Source: Elsinoe ampelina (taxonomy: Eukaryota). From it: a stretch of DNA of 64,000 nucleotides. The notes beneath the pieces are model-generated. The model searched no databases, was not told the DNA's origin, and saw only the letters and a list, made by a program, of their open reading frames with translations. The stretch spans positions 343,736 to 407,735 of the forward strand of contig ML992512.1 in assembly GCA_010093995.1 (NCBI GenBank), written 5' to 3'. Below, in pieces: positions 48,991-60,923 of the stretch. Positions within the stretch are counted from its first letter, which is position 1. Each line of letters starts with the position of its first letter. The translations under genes were made by a program, and so were the position numbers.

Positions 48991-49296
48991 GTTGCTTGCC
49001 TGGTGTGCTGCCTCACTTGACTATCAGTCTGCGCAAAGCAAGGCTGAATGGTCCTTGTTCGCGGGGAATGCTGGGAGGTTGCAAAAAAAAGTTGATGGGT
49101 GAACACGGAATCTCAGGAACGGATCTCTTGATGAAAGCCCAGTCCTCGCTCGAAGCTCGGCGACGTTCGGATCTTCACAAGCTCGAGCTTTACCGAGTCA
49201 GAACCACGACATCGAGTCTTAGTCATCGGCGGGTACTTTGCCTCCCTCAGCTCATCATTCGTTCTGCTCAGTGTGACTACACAGCATCGTGCCATC

Positions 49297-51860
49297 ATGG
49301 CACCGAAACGCAAGGGAGTCGGTCTTGGTGGTGAACGAGCAGCGAAGAGGGCTGCTTCTGGAGTCAGCACACCCATTAGTTTGGGCAGCGACAGCGACGA
49401 CGACTACTCGGATGCTGGCGACGGGGATGATGTTCCCGCGCATCGTCTTGACAGTCAGTCACCCTGATGGGCTAGATAGAGTCGCGCTGACAGTAGCTAG
49501 ATGTCGTCAAGAAATTCCAGGCGTCTTCGTACATGAAGTCGAACAAGTCTAAGAAAGAGCGAGACTCGGCTAGCCATTTGTTTGGCTCGACCCGCGACCT
49601 CTCAGCGCTGGAGCTGAAGAACGACCACTCTGTACGACCACTATGGCTGGATCCAGACAAGGGACGTGTCGTGCTCGAGACCTTTTCGCCGTCCTTCAAG
49701 CAGGCGCAGAACTTCTTGATCAACATCGCAGAACCGCAGTCGAGGACAACGAATGTGCACGAGTACACCATTACGGCACATAGCTTGTTCGCAGCAGTAT
49801 CGGTAGGTCTAACTACGGACGACATCATACGACAGCTGGAGACATTCTCGAAAACGAGGCTGCCGGAAGGGTTGAAAGAGTTCATCACGGCGTCTACACA
49901 GTCGTTCGGCAAGGTGCGATTGGTCTTGAAACATAACAAGTACTTCATCGAAAGCTCGGATGCTTCAGTACTGCAAATGCTGCTGCAGGACCCGGTGATC
50001 GGACCATGCAGAATAGAAGATGCGGAGGAGATACACGCGGAAGCGGCGCCGCAGATGGGTGGACTAGTCATTCCGGGAACAAGAGATGCTGCTGGTGTGA
50101 AACAGGCACAGCAAGGCCAGCAGCAACAGGCGGCCCGGAAGGAGGATGAGGAGTCAGACGACGATGAGGAGGAGGGAGCAAAAAGGCCGGAACAGGACAT
50201 GACAGCGGTCTTGCGAGAAGAGGACGATGATGATGAGGTCGACCAAGTCCATACGTTCCAGATCGATGGAGAGAAGATTCAGGTGGTGCAAGAACAATGC
50301 AATGTCAAGCTGGAGCTACCACTTACAGAAGAGTACGATTTCCGGAACGACGAAGTCAACGCTACACTGGATATCGATTTGAAGCCTTTTGCGTCCATTC
50401 GATACTACCAGGAACAAGCTCTGTCCAAGATGTTTGGCAACGGTCGTGCAAGGTCCGGTATTATCGTCCTACCTTGTGGTGCCGGGAAGACTCTGGTCGG
50501 TATCACGGCCGCATGTACGGTCAAGAAGTCAGCGATTGTTCTCTGCACCTCGGCCATGAGTGTTATCCAATGGCGAAACGAATTCCTCAAGTGGTCGAAC
50601 ATATCTCCCGACGACATTGCCATCTTCACATCCGGCGAGAAGGAACGACTAAATCAGCGGGCTGGTATAATCATCTGTACATATTCCATGGTCACTCAGA
50701 ACACAAGGCGCGCGCACGACTCGCAACAGGTCATGGACTTCATCACGTCTCGAGAATGGGGCCTGATGGTGTTAGACGAGGTGCACGTCGTACCTGCTGA
50801 GATGTTCAGGCGGGTCACGTCGCGAATCAAGACACACTCAAAGCTTGGGCTAACAGCCACGCTACTTCGTGAGGACGACAAGATCAAAGATCTCAACTTC
50901 CTCATTGGTCCAAAGCTGTACGAAGCTAATTGGCTGCAACTATCAGAGGAAGGCCACATCGCCCGTGTGCAGTGCGCGGAAGTGTGGTGTCCTATGACCA
51001 CGGAATTCTATACCGAATACCTTAAGCCCACAATCAGCAACAACAAACGCTCTCTCCTCTCAACCATGAACCCTCGCAAGTTCCAAGCTTGCCAATTCCT
51101 CATCGACTTCCACGAGAAGCGTGGCGACAAAGTCATCGTCTTCTCCGATAACGTCTACGCCCTCAAATCCTACGCCACAAAACTCCAAAAGCCCTGCATT
51201 TACGGCGAGACACCCCAGCGCGAGCGCGAAATGGTCCTCGCCAACTTCCAACAAAACGAGTCCGTCTCCACCGTCCTCCTCAGCAAGATCGGCGACACCT
51301 CCCTTGACCTCCCCGAAGCCACCTGTCTGATCCAAATCTCTTCCCACTACGGTTCTCGCCGTCAAGAAGCACAACGCCTCGGCCGCATCCTCCGAGCCAA
51401 ACGCCGAAACGACGAAGGCTTCAACGCCTTCTTCTACTCCCTCGTCAGCAAGGACACCAACGAAATGTACTACTCCAGCAAACGCCAAGCCTTCCTCGTC
51501 GACCAAGGCTACGCTTTCAAAGTCATCACCCACCTCAACGGCATCGACCGCATGCCTGGGCTATGCTACACCTCGCAGCAAGAACGCATGGAAGTGCTCC
51601 AGGATGTTCTGCTGCAGGGTGAGGAGGCTGGTGGCGTGGAGGATATCAAGGATGATTTGTTCAGTCGGGCGGGCGGGAAGAAGAAGGGTGGGGTGAGGAG
51701 GATGGCGGGGGCGTTGAGTGAGTTCAGTGGTGGGAATGATATGGCGTATATGGAGAGGAGTAAGGGGGTGAATAAGACGCTGAAGGCCCCGGGGAGTAAG
51801 TTCTTCAAGGATGTGAAGAGGACGAATGAGAGGAGGAAGAAGGCGGCCGGTGGTGGGTGA
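49297..51860 (+). CDS. SSL2: TFIIH helicase/translocase XPB
   Basis: Motifs SGIIVLPCGAGKTLVG, LDEVHVVPA, LGLTATLLRED and SRRQEAQRLGRILRAK; intron 49451-49500. Confidence 0.97.
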
Positions 51861-52111
51861 TTGGGGTCAAGGTGAGGGGATTGGGTAGTGGTAATGAAGT
51901 TATGGCTTGGTGAGGTTCACCTTCCGTCAACACCGTGAGTTGGCGTGATTTACAGCCGCCCCCAGCATGGCTTGGGAAACTTCCTTCGACTCGAACATCA
52001 CTTTCGACCAATTTCACATGCATTTTCATTTCTTTTTGCACGGGTCACCGCACCACTCACGGACAGCGGACAGAAATCCTTTGCACCGGATTTTCACAGC
52101 GCTCCAAAGGA

Positions 52112-52959
52112 ATGGCTACAAATCAAGAAGGTTCGGGTGAAGGGGGCTCCGCTGAGTTGGGTACACAGGAAACAGGGAAAACTGAACAGAGTGAGCATAC
52201 CGAGAAGAATTGGCTGGGATGGGCTGGTGATCTGGCAGCGTTCGCCTTCCACCCATCACCGCGAGTGATCCTTACTGATCGGCCCGCAGGTACTCTAAAG
52301 ATGCTACCTTCTCCGACGTCACCATATGTTTTGGTGACCGGCAGTTCTATGCCCACAAAGTCATACTGGCCTCTCGCTCCGAATACTTCAAGAGTATGTT
52401 CACAAATGCGTTCAAAGAATCCAATCAGCGCACAATCACACTCGAAGATGACGATCCTGAAGCTCTCGAGATCATGCTGAACTGGATGTACAATGTAGAC
52501 GCCTTACCAAAGCTTCGGCAAGGAGAAGACGGCAACAGCGAAGCCATCCAAGAGCTCTATATAGTCGCCGACAAGTACCGGTGTCCTGGTCTGGCTGGAG
52601 CGGCGATACGAGAAATTCTCAAGACGTTTTCTTCGAAATGGGACAAAGACGATGTCGCTGGTGTCCTGGTGTTTATCACAAAGATAGATCCCGCAGCCCT
52701 TAAGACCTATCACGACGACATTGTCAAGAGCATCGAAGGAGAATTCCTGATCAGTATCTTCAACAGGGAAGAATATGACGATCTGCTCGAACAGCACCCC
52801 GGACTTGTCAAACCCATGAACCTAGCGATCTACAATGCGAGACACGAGTTCGGCCGTGGCAGATTCTGCCACGATTGCAGCCATCATTTTAAAGTCGGCA
52901 ACGATGCCAGCAGCTCGGGAAATTGTCCGCTGTGCGATCGTCGTGCGACCAATTGGTAA
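52112..52959 (+). CDS. BTB/POZ plus Zn-ribbon protein, copy 9 (exon 1 donor uncertain)
   Basis: FSDVTICFGDRQFYAHKVILASRSEYFKSMFTNAFKES, LEDDDPEALEIMLNWMY, VADKY, C-terminal CHDC...CPLC. Confidence 0.88.
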
Positions 52960-53358
52960 TCAGGATCTACACCATGGTTAGCAGTGGTATAGACGGGTAG
53001 CATGGGTCTATAGCATGAGACAGGTATGTCAAATCTCGCTGTCTTAGAAGTTTAGTGAAGCTGTAGGCAAGACCCATCAAAGCCCGGAAGAACATCATGG
53101 ACGGCATATGCGGGTTTCTTCAATCAAGCTTCTTCTTGCAGCAAAAGCCATTCAGCCATGTGCTATCACATGTGATTTATCCCCATCCCAACCCACATGT
53201 CACATGCTTGGGCCTCTGACCTTTTATAGGTGGATGGTCCATCTCGTCTCTTTAATTTCATCTTCACCTCATCTTCATCTTTCCCAGCATTGATTTTGCA
53301 TCTGCCATTGCACTTATCCTCATATCCTGTGTCGTGCACGAGCGATCAACCAGCAGCC

Positions 53359-54111
53359 ATGAACCGATCCGACAGCAATGACTTTACCCGGTGAGTGAAA
53401 CGGTGGCGCAGTGGCGTACTCACACTGACAAGTGACAGCAACTTCGACAACAGCATCCTCCCGACTGTGACAATTGTCGGCCGGGGAAGGACGTTCAAAG
53501 CACACAAAGCCGTCCTCGCAGACAACGCAGCCATGTTTCGCAACGTCGGTGACTCAAGGATCAACAGTTCCGCCTTCCCGGACGACGTGACAGAAGCCCT
53601 CTTGCTCTTCTTTTACTCTCGGGCGGACATCGAGACCATCGTCCATGACCAGACAGACGCATGGGTTTGCGAACTCTACAGGAGTGCAGCTGGTTGCATG
53701 GCAGACAAGATGTCCACTGCCCTCCTCGAACACCTAGTGCACCGTTTCCACACTGGTAAATGGTTGGCCACTGACTTCTCGACTCTTTTAACATGCTTCC
53801 GGGTCATCGATGTCGATAGCCTGCGTCCTCATTACGAAGAGATGGCGCGATTTGTCGTCCAACGGGAGCACTTGCCCGTCAAGAACATGGAGGAATTCGA
53901 CGACTTGATTGAGGCGCATCCTCGTTTCGCCGTCGCGATCCTGCGCGCAGAGAGGCAGGAGAAGGAGGCGAGAGCGAGGTATAATGCGCTGGAGTGCAGC
54001 GAGTGCCATTTTGTGGCGTCCAGGGGAGATCACAGGAAGTGTTGGGCATTAGATGTTCCGCCGAAGATCTGTCCGGCTTGTCAGGAAAAGAACAAGCTAC
54101 AGACATGGTAG
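53359..54111 (+). CDS. BTB/POZ plus Zn-ribbon protein, copy 10 (divergent)
   Basis: Intron 53391-53438; VTIVGRGRTFKAHKAVLA, LLLFFY, LIEAHP, C-terminal CSEC...CPAC. Confidence 0.85.
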
Positions 54112-54338
54112 GGATGGAAACTCCACGGATGGTCTTGTCAGCTGGATAGGAATGATGAAAGTGAGACTTGAGTGAGCCTGGAGTGCTGCATCCGTTCATC
54201 ATCATCAGATCCGAGCACTTTCAAGATTGCATGAAGTGGCCTTACTTTGACCTCACTTGATCTGCCGGTCTCCTCCATATATATCTCTATTCTTCCCCCT
54301 TACCTGTTTTCCGTTCTTCCCAACACACACCGTCTATC

Positions 54339-55180
54339 ATGCCTGGTTTACCCTCAGGCGCATGGCTTGATACCCTTCACAGGTAAGTATGAAGCCTTGG
54401 GGCTGGCACTGAGTCCCTGACAACGACCAGCTTCTACAACAACACCACCTTCTCCGACGTCACCATCGCATATGGAAAGCAGCGATTCAGCGCCCACAAG
54501 GTCGTCCTCGCCTCCAACTCTCAGGAGCTCAACGATCTTCTGGTCCAAGTAAGCCCTCCCTCACCAAAAACCACCAACCTCAACTGACCGCACAGCTCAC
54601 ACCGGGACATGACCTCAGACTTCAGCTCCACGGCTGCAACGAAAGCGCCCTGACCACCATGCTCAACTTCTTCTACAACGACCACGAGTTCTACAACGAC
54701 TACACCAACGACAGTGACTGTGATGTCCCCGAGCTCATTGAGTTCCACACCCTTGCCGTCAAGTACAGAGCCGACAAGTTCGCCGCCGCCGTCATCGCCG
54801 TGATGGCGACCGTGTTCGTGCAAGGCGGCTGGATCGCCACCGATCGCGAAGCGCTTCACGAGTATCTCTGCGACATTCCTGTGGAGCAGCTCGGGCCGCA
54901 CTACGGGGAGATGGCGACCTTGGTGGCAGACGACTATTGGTTGTCTGTCCTCAACATGCCGAGCTTGCATGAGATGCTGAAGAAGCATCCTGAGCTGGCA
55001 CTGGCGATGATGGTGGGCATGAAGGACTTGGAGAATGGAAGGGCACAATTTGATGCTAGGGTGTGTGAGCACTGTGGAGGTGTGTATCCGGAGGGGTTGC
55101 AGTCTTTCAAGCAACCCGTTGATGAGCCGACCTACGTGTGTGGGATCTGTGGGGATGAAGGGAGCATGGTGAAGTGGTAG
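54339..55180 (+). CDS. BTB/POZ plus Zn-ribbon protein, copy 11
   Basis: Introns 54383-54430 and 54548-54595; FSDVTIAYGKQRFSAHKVVLASNS, MLNFFY, LAVKY, C-terminal CEHC...CGIC. Confidence 0.88.
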
Positions 55181-55412
55181 AAATTGAGCGACAGACGTGA
55201 CGCAGATGGAGAGCGTAGAATGCGCGACGTGAGAAGCGACGATGGGAACGGAAACTTACAAGGCGAATCGGTGCTGCTAGCTTTGGTTGGTACAATGGCG
55301 AATGATTACATCCTATCATATTGCGGTAAGCTATATACAATCTAGCAATACAAACCATCAAACCACTTCCCCCATGATGACATCACTCGTCGTCGACATC
55401 CATCTCCATCTC

Positions 55413-56386
55413 TCAACCGGCAACAACAGCTCTATGCTCATCATCAAAGCTCTTCGCCCCATATGATTTCCTCCCGGAAGGCCCACGAGAGGTACCATTA
55501 GCAGGCTTGACATACTCTCCGAACCAAGTGACAGCCTGGACGAAAGCCTGCTCCTTGGCGAAGACCTGACGAGGCAACGAATCGTTGGCACGAATACCGA
55601 AACCGTGAGGAACGTCCGAGTAGGTATCAAGCTGCCACGCCACGCTCGAGTTGCGGAGGATGTCCTCAGCGAGACGCGCCTGCGCGAGAGGCCAGGTGGT
55701 GTCCAGCTCAGCATTGGCGATGCTCAGTGGCGCATTGACGGCCGCCCATTCCGCAGCGGCGACGTTGGAGGGGTGAGCGGTGTAGCCGGCGTTGATGCCG
55801 GCGTTGCGGCCGAGGAAGCGAGCGACGTACTTCCCGCCGAAGCAGTAGCCGACTACACCGAGACGCTTGATGTTGGTGTTTGTCCTGATTTCGTTGAGGG
55901 CGAGCTCGATGACGGGGTCGATGTTGGCGGGCTGGTTGCGGGATTGCCATTCGGTGATGTTGAAGGAGGCGGGGCGGTCGACGGGGACGGGGTCGCCGCG
56001 GAAGAGGTCGGGCATGACGGTGTAGTAGCTGGGAGGGGTGTTAGGATTGGATGGTGGTGGGAGCGGAGGTGGCTCACCCTTGGGCGCCGAAGGAGTCGGC
56101 GACGAGCTGGGAGTTGATGAAGTTAATGCCGAAGATGTCGGTCAGGAAGAGCACGCCGGTCTCTGAATCGGCTGGACCGGAGAAGTAGACCTGGGCTATA
56201 AAGATGTCAGTTCCTGAAGCATATGAGGACATAGTAGAGCGACTCACTGTCGCCGGCAATGTTCCTAAGCTCTCCGCTGGCTTCTCCAGTCTTCAGCTTC
56301 ACGTCGCAAGAACGGCCCTTGCCTCCTCTCGCCGAAGCAACCGCTCCAAGCGAGCCGAGTAGAAGTAGGCTGGAAAAGATGTGCAT
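55413..56386 (-). CDS. Dienelactone hydrolase family (alpha/beta hydrolase) with signal peptide
   Basis: LFLTDIFG, PDLFRGD, GYCFGG nucleophile motif, AHPS and HGF; N-terminus MHIFSSLLLLGSLGAVASA; two introns. Confidence 0.88.
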
Positions 56387-56792
56387 ACTGGCGAAGGAGA
56401 AACTCAAAAGTGTTTCGCTATACAGCTACTTGTATGGAGATGCAGAGAAAAAAGTAGGGAGGGAGGCCCTACAATAAATATGTTTCACAAACAACGACAT
56501 CACCTCATCGCCATGGCGCCTGCCAAATGCAGGGCCCTTGCTGGGCGATCGTCCCCTTTGGTCGATTAGAAATTCATCTGTCAGGCACGAGGGTAGGTTT
56601 TCCACGAATACGCTTGGAGAAAAGTAGGACGCGGAACGATGAAGTGGACACTATAATTTGCTTGGCCTCCATCACCATCGGTCAGATGAATCTGGGCGCG
56701 GGCAAGCGGGGTCCATCATTTCCGACCTCGCTTGACGATAACTTCCTGTAGTTATCTACTTTCGTACTATGTGTCACTCTTGGCAATACGTG

Positions 56793-59064
56793 TCACTCCA
56801 TCTCAATGTCCCCGAATTTCTTTGCGAATAGTCCCAGCGCCTTGATCGGGAAGATGAACTTGTAGTTGGGGTACGAGATCATGCTGTAATCATTAGCGGC
56901 ATTCCTCACAAGGAACCCAGTATACGCACCAGCTCTTGTTAAACACCCCTTCGATCCCTTCCTGCAACCACTCTCCATTCTCCTGCTGTCTCTTCATCAA
57001 CAACCGCACCGCCCTCTCCAGCGGTGCTCTCTCCGGGAAGCCCGCCTCGATCATGGCAATCACTGTCCATGCAGTATTGACAACCTGGCTCTGCTCATGC
57101 TGCGTGTAGACTCCCACCTCGCAACTCTTATACGTCTCTCCCCATCCTCCATCTTCCATCTGCTTGTCAAGGAAGAACTTGCACCCTCTTCGTACCCTTT
57201 CACTGTTCTCATATGTCTCTCCCACAGATGCCAACGCCTCGAGAGCGAACATGCCTGCGTACGTAAAGCAGATGCCCCAAGCACCATACCACGAGCCATC
57301 CGGCCGCTGTGCTCGCCGAATGTACTCCACTGCACGCTGCTTGAAGCGCTTGATCTCCTCGGCTCGGTAGTCGGGGAAATATTTATTGAAGAGACTCAAC
57401 GCCGTGACGACAGCAGTGGTGCACTCGACGTAATCGTACTCGACCATGATCTTGCCAAAGACTTCGGCTGCGTTGAGCATCTCCATCCACTCACCGGCGC
57501 GGGCAGGCTCGTAGCTGGAGCAACCACCTGAACCTTCATTCTGCATAGTAAGCAAGATATCGATGGCCATCGTGATGCGCTCGTCTGGTACGAGGGCTGG
57601 GTAGTCGCCTGCATTCTGCAGGAGCATGACGGCGCGGACGCCCTCGGCTGTGCAGTCGGAGACGGTATAGGATTGGTTCTTGGTCGAGAAACCCCAGGCG
57701 CCTTTGTGGGCTTGTCGGTAGCATTGTTGAAGGTAAGGAAGTTCGTCAAGCATCTGCTGCGACTCAACGTACTCGAGAGCCTTCATGAGGACAGGACGGA
57801 ATTCTGGATCGAGATGTAGGTCGGCGGACATGGCGGCTTGGATAGCAAAGGCTGTATCCCAGGTTTGTACTCCATTTGTACCGTTCACAAGCATGCCTTC
57901 GTCCTTGACCCAGATGTAGTCATCCATGCGTGCTGCATGCATCTTGAAAGAATGTGAGTCTGGCCCCTCGCGGACATAGCATGCTAGCATATTCATTGGG
58001 GCATTGACAGGCGCGAGATCAGCGTAGTCGGTATTCTCATCTTCGCGCTGGATGAGCCACCACACCCAGTCTTCTGCTCTTTGAGTAAGAGATGCTGTGC
58101 GGAGGAAAGGTATCCAGATGAATACAAGCAAGAAGTTGATGAGGTTGAGCAGCCACGACTTGGGATGGTAGTTGTCTGCGGGAGATATCGAATTGCGATG
58201 GGATGCGAAGTTGATCGTCTCATGCGGTTGTGTGAATAGTTCTTGTCGTAGCTCCCGTACCAATTCTGTCTCCGGCATAACCCATCTCCGGCTCCAAACA
58301 AAGCTCATGCCCAGAAATACCATCCTCATGTGGATCCACCATCTCCACGGAGCAATTGGTACCCAGTCCGGCAGTAACCACAGCTCAGGAGGCACCGGGT
58401 TGACAATCTCCCATTGCATGACACCCATAACACTCAGCCAGTACTTCGCCCAGTGAGGACCATAGATAGCGCCACCGAACTTGTGAAGCGTCGCTCTCGC
58501 CCTCACCATCCTCGGATCGTCCTTGTCTGCCCCACAGATTCGAAGAACTACATAGTTCATAGCACAGCCAAAGACCGAGCTCTCGCCCTCGATATGCAGC
58601 CCCCACCCACCATCCTCAGGATTCTGCCGAGCAAATAGGTAATTCCGGATCTCGATCTTGTAATGGTCCGGAATAGGCGTCGAAGTAGCGTACCAGCATA
58701 TCACCACACCAGGGAGCAAGAACATCGGTCCACCGTACTCGCACGACCAGTTCCCGATATCCATCTGAAGATTTGAGAAGAATGAGAAGCCATTCCGAGC
58801 TGCCTGGAGAGGCGTCCGTGGGCGTGGGAGCTTGGGCAGTCCAGTGGCGAGACCTAGATGGTACTTTTCACCGAATGATTGAGATGTCGATTTGGCTTCT
58901 GATGGTGATACGTAATGCCAGATTTGCTGTCCTCGTTCTGATCGGAGGCGCCATCGCGTGTAGTCGGTCTTTTGGTCGCTGGTGGTGGACTTTGCTGTTC
59001 CGTTCAGATGACCATTGCCATTGATTGCATGGCCATTCGACTTGAGGGTGACCTGTTTACCCAT
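56793..59064 (-). CDS. ERG7: Oxidosqualene cyclase / lanosterol synthase
   Basis: Motifs YGGPMFL, VSDCTAE, QW repeats (QNPEDGGWG, QRPDGSW, QMEDGGWGE) and GVFNKSC|MISYPNYK after one late intron. Confidence 0.95.
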
Positions 59065-59576
59065 GATCAGGGTCGAAATGCGATGTCTGAATAATCAGGT
59101 CATTGGATCCAGAATCTGAAGTTTGGTGCAAAGCTGGTTATACTAGCATCCAGCTATATCGGCCGACCTGGAATTGGAGGAGTCGCCTAATCAAAGTGAA
59201 TCCAGATAAATCGTTGAGACGTCACATAAGTCGCGAGACAGCCCTGCGAGATGGTAGTAGTTGGTGCTGATATCGAAGCATTCATGTAGCACGGGCACCT
59301 ATGTCCCAAACAAAATCGTACGATGCACAACTTCACAAATTATGCATAACTGCACACCACCGCAGCACATTTAGTGGCACGATGAGGCACGATGGAATTC
59401 GCATCTATCGGGATAACATTTTTTGATCGATTCAAAGAGTTTGTTCTGCGAACGGATGACGATTTCCCACGAAATAGATGGAAACCTTCAACGAGGAGTC
59501 ATTGTGAGCATTTCGCTCCTCCACCAAAACGCCACGCTATGTCTGATACAGTCCTTTGCTGAACCTCAAATTGAGT

Positions 59577-60923
59577 CTAAAACTCCGGATCCTTTTCCAA
59601 GACGGCTGATATCAAAGCCGGCTTGTTCAAGTCGTAAACCCTTGTGCCCATAACCTCGCCGATTACGTCGATCAGACGAGCCTTCAATTCTTCGCCCTCT
59701 GGGTGTCCATTTGTGCTGTCAATCGCATCTCTCTCCAGCAATCCGAGAACCTTCGTCAGTAGAAGCGCCACCATTTCTGCCTGCGACTTCTTGCTCTCGT
59801 CCTCCAATCCTGACTTGAGCAAAACGTCGTAGGCTTTGAGATTGGGGAGCAGCAGGATGCGGACACCAGCAGGACCGGAAACGCCTTCCAGACCAAGGAT
59901 AGCGCCGTAATGAGATCCAAATGTCTTGTGCGAATCGAGGAATGTTTTCAGACAAGAACGCGCAATGCGTGGCTTGAGTGTCGAGGTAGTTGTGCCGTAC
60001 CTCTTTGCGATGCTGCGCAAGAGTGACGAAGCAAGGTCGCGTAGCTCGAAGTGGGCGTTAGGTCCACCCGATGCGCCATTCCCAAGATGCTTGCCGGTCA
60101 AGCATGTCAGTACTGGGGGTACCAACGAGGCTACATACGGTGTGATGTGGAGACTTGGGTTGTCGAGGAGCGCCGCAAGCAAGTGCATCATCTGTCCGAG
60201 GATAAAGAGGTTCTTCAGGCTATGTGTGACCTTCTCCGCCACGAACTGGACAAAGTAAGGGACCAGCTGGTGAAGGCCCGGATCTGATCTCAGACTGGCG
60301 AAAGCAGCTTCTCGGTATTCGCCATTGGTGTCGTCCAGCACTGCTTGCGATATCCGCTCAAAGTATAATTGCAGCTCTTTCGACAGTATATGCTTGACCA
60401 AAGGCTTCACGGTGACATTGTCGTTGCCGCTGACAGCTGCCAGATGTGGGTTTGCGCCAGGACCCTTGGGGAGCAATTCTTGTTGTCGCTGGTCTGCAGC
60501 TGTTGGATTTTGTGGTATCGATGGCTGAACTCCTTCCACGGCCAGCCAGTGTGCCGTCAAGGTCATCTCGCGCGGAACTTTGGGTAGTGGCGCATTGATG
60601 AGCTTCTCAAAGTCGATTTCCTCGTCCTCAATGTAAAAGAGGGATTGACCTGGTCCTATCGAGGCTTCGCCGAATCGGAGTGGTCGCGTCGAGTCATAGC
60701 CGTATAACGGCTCCACGTCAAGTAGCCGCAGTGCTTGTGATACATCTTGAGTCGTTAATGTCGTCCTTTTCCCATGGCGCATGAATTTGAGAGCTTCTTC
60801 AATGACCTGGCCAATCCTGTACTCTACGTCTCGTGCGAGCTGTTCCACGACATCTTTATTGAGAGAGCCAATCCCCACCGACTCGGCGACATCGACCACG
60901 TTGTCCGCGTTCCAGACAGACAT
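59577..60923 (-). CDS. TAF6: TFIID/SAGA subunit TAF6
   Basis: H4-like histone fold (VAESVGI...DVEYRI...ALKFMRH), VEPLYGY, AHWLAVEGVQPSIPQNP, KHILSKELQLYF and DPGLHQLVPYF. Confidence 0.96.
   Translation of the reverse strand: MSVWNADNVVDVAESVGIGSLNKDVVEQLARDVEYRIGQVIEEALKFMRHGKRTTLTTQDVSQALRLLDVEPLYGYDSTRPLRFGEASIGPGQSLFYIEDEEIDFEKLINAPLPKVPREMTLTAHWLAVEGVQPSIPQNPTAADQRQQELLPKGPGANPHLAAVSGNDNVTVKPLVKHILSKELQLYFERISQAVLDDTNGEYREAAFASLRSDPGLHQLVPYFVQFVAEKVTHSLKNLFILGQMMHLLAALLDNPSLHITPYVASLVPPVLTCLTGKHLGNGASGGPNAHFELRDLASSLLRSIAKRYGTTTSTLKPRIARSCLKTFLDSHKTFGSHYGAILGLEGVSGPAGVRILLLPNLKAYDVLLKSGLEDESKKSQAEMVALLLTKVLGLLERDAIDSTNGHPEGEELKARLIDVIGEVMGTRVYDLNKPALISAVLEKDPEF

Noticed and set aside
758..59064. 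Possible isoprenoid/triterpene biosynthetic cluster (acetoacetyl-CoA synthetase, RER2, ERG7, ABC transporter)
   Set aside because: The genes are tens of kb apart and interspersed with housekeeping genes, with no tailoring P450s or cluster regulator. ERG7 looks like the primary sterol enzyme.
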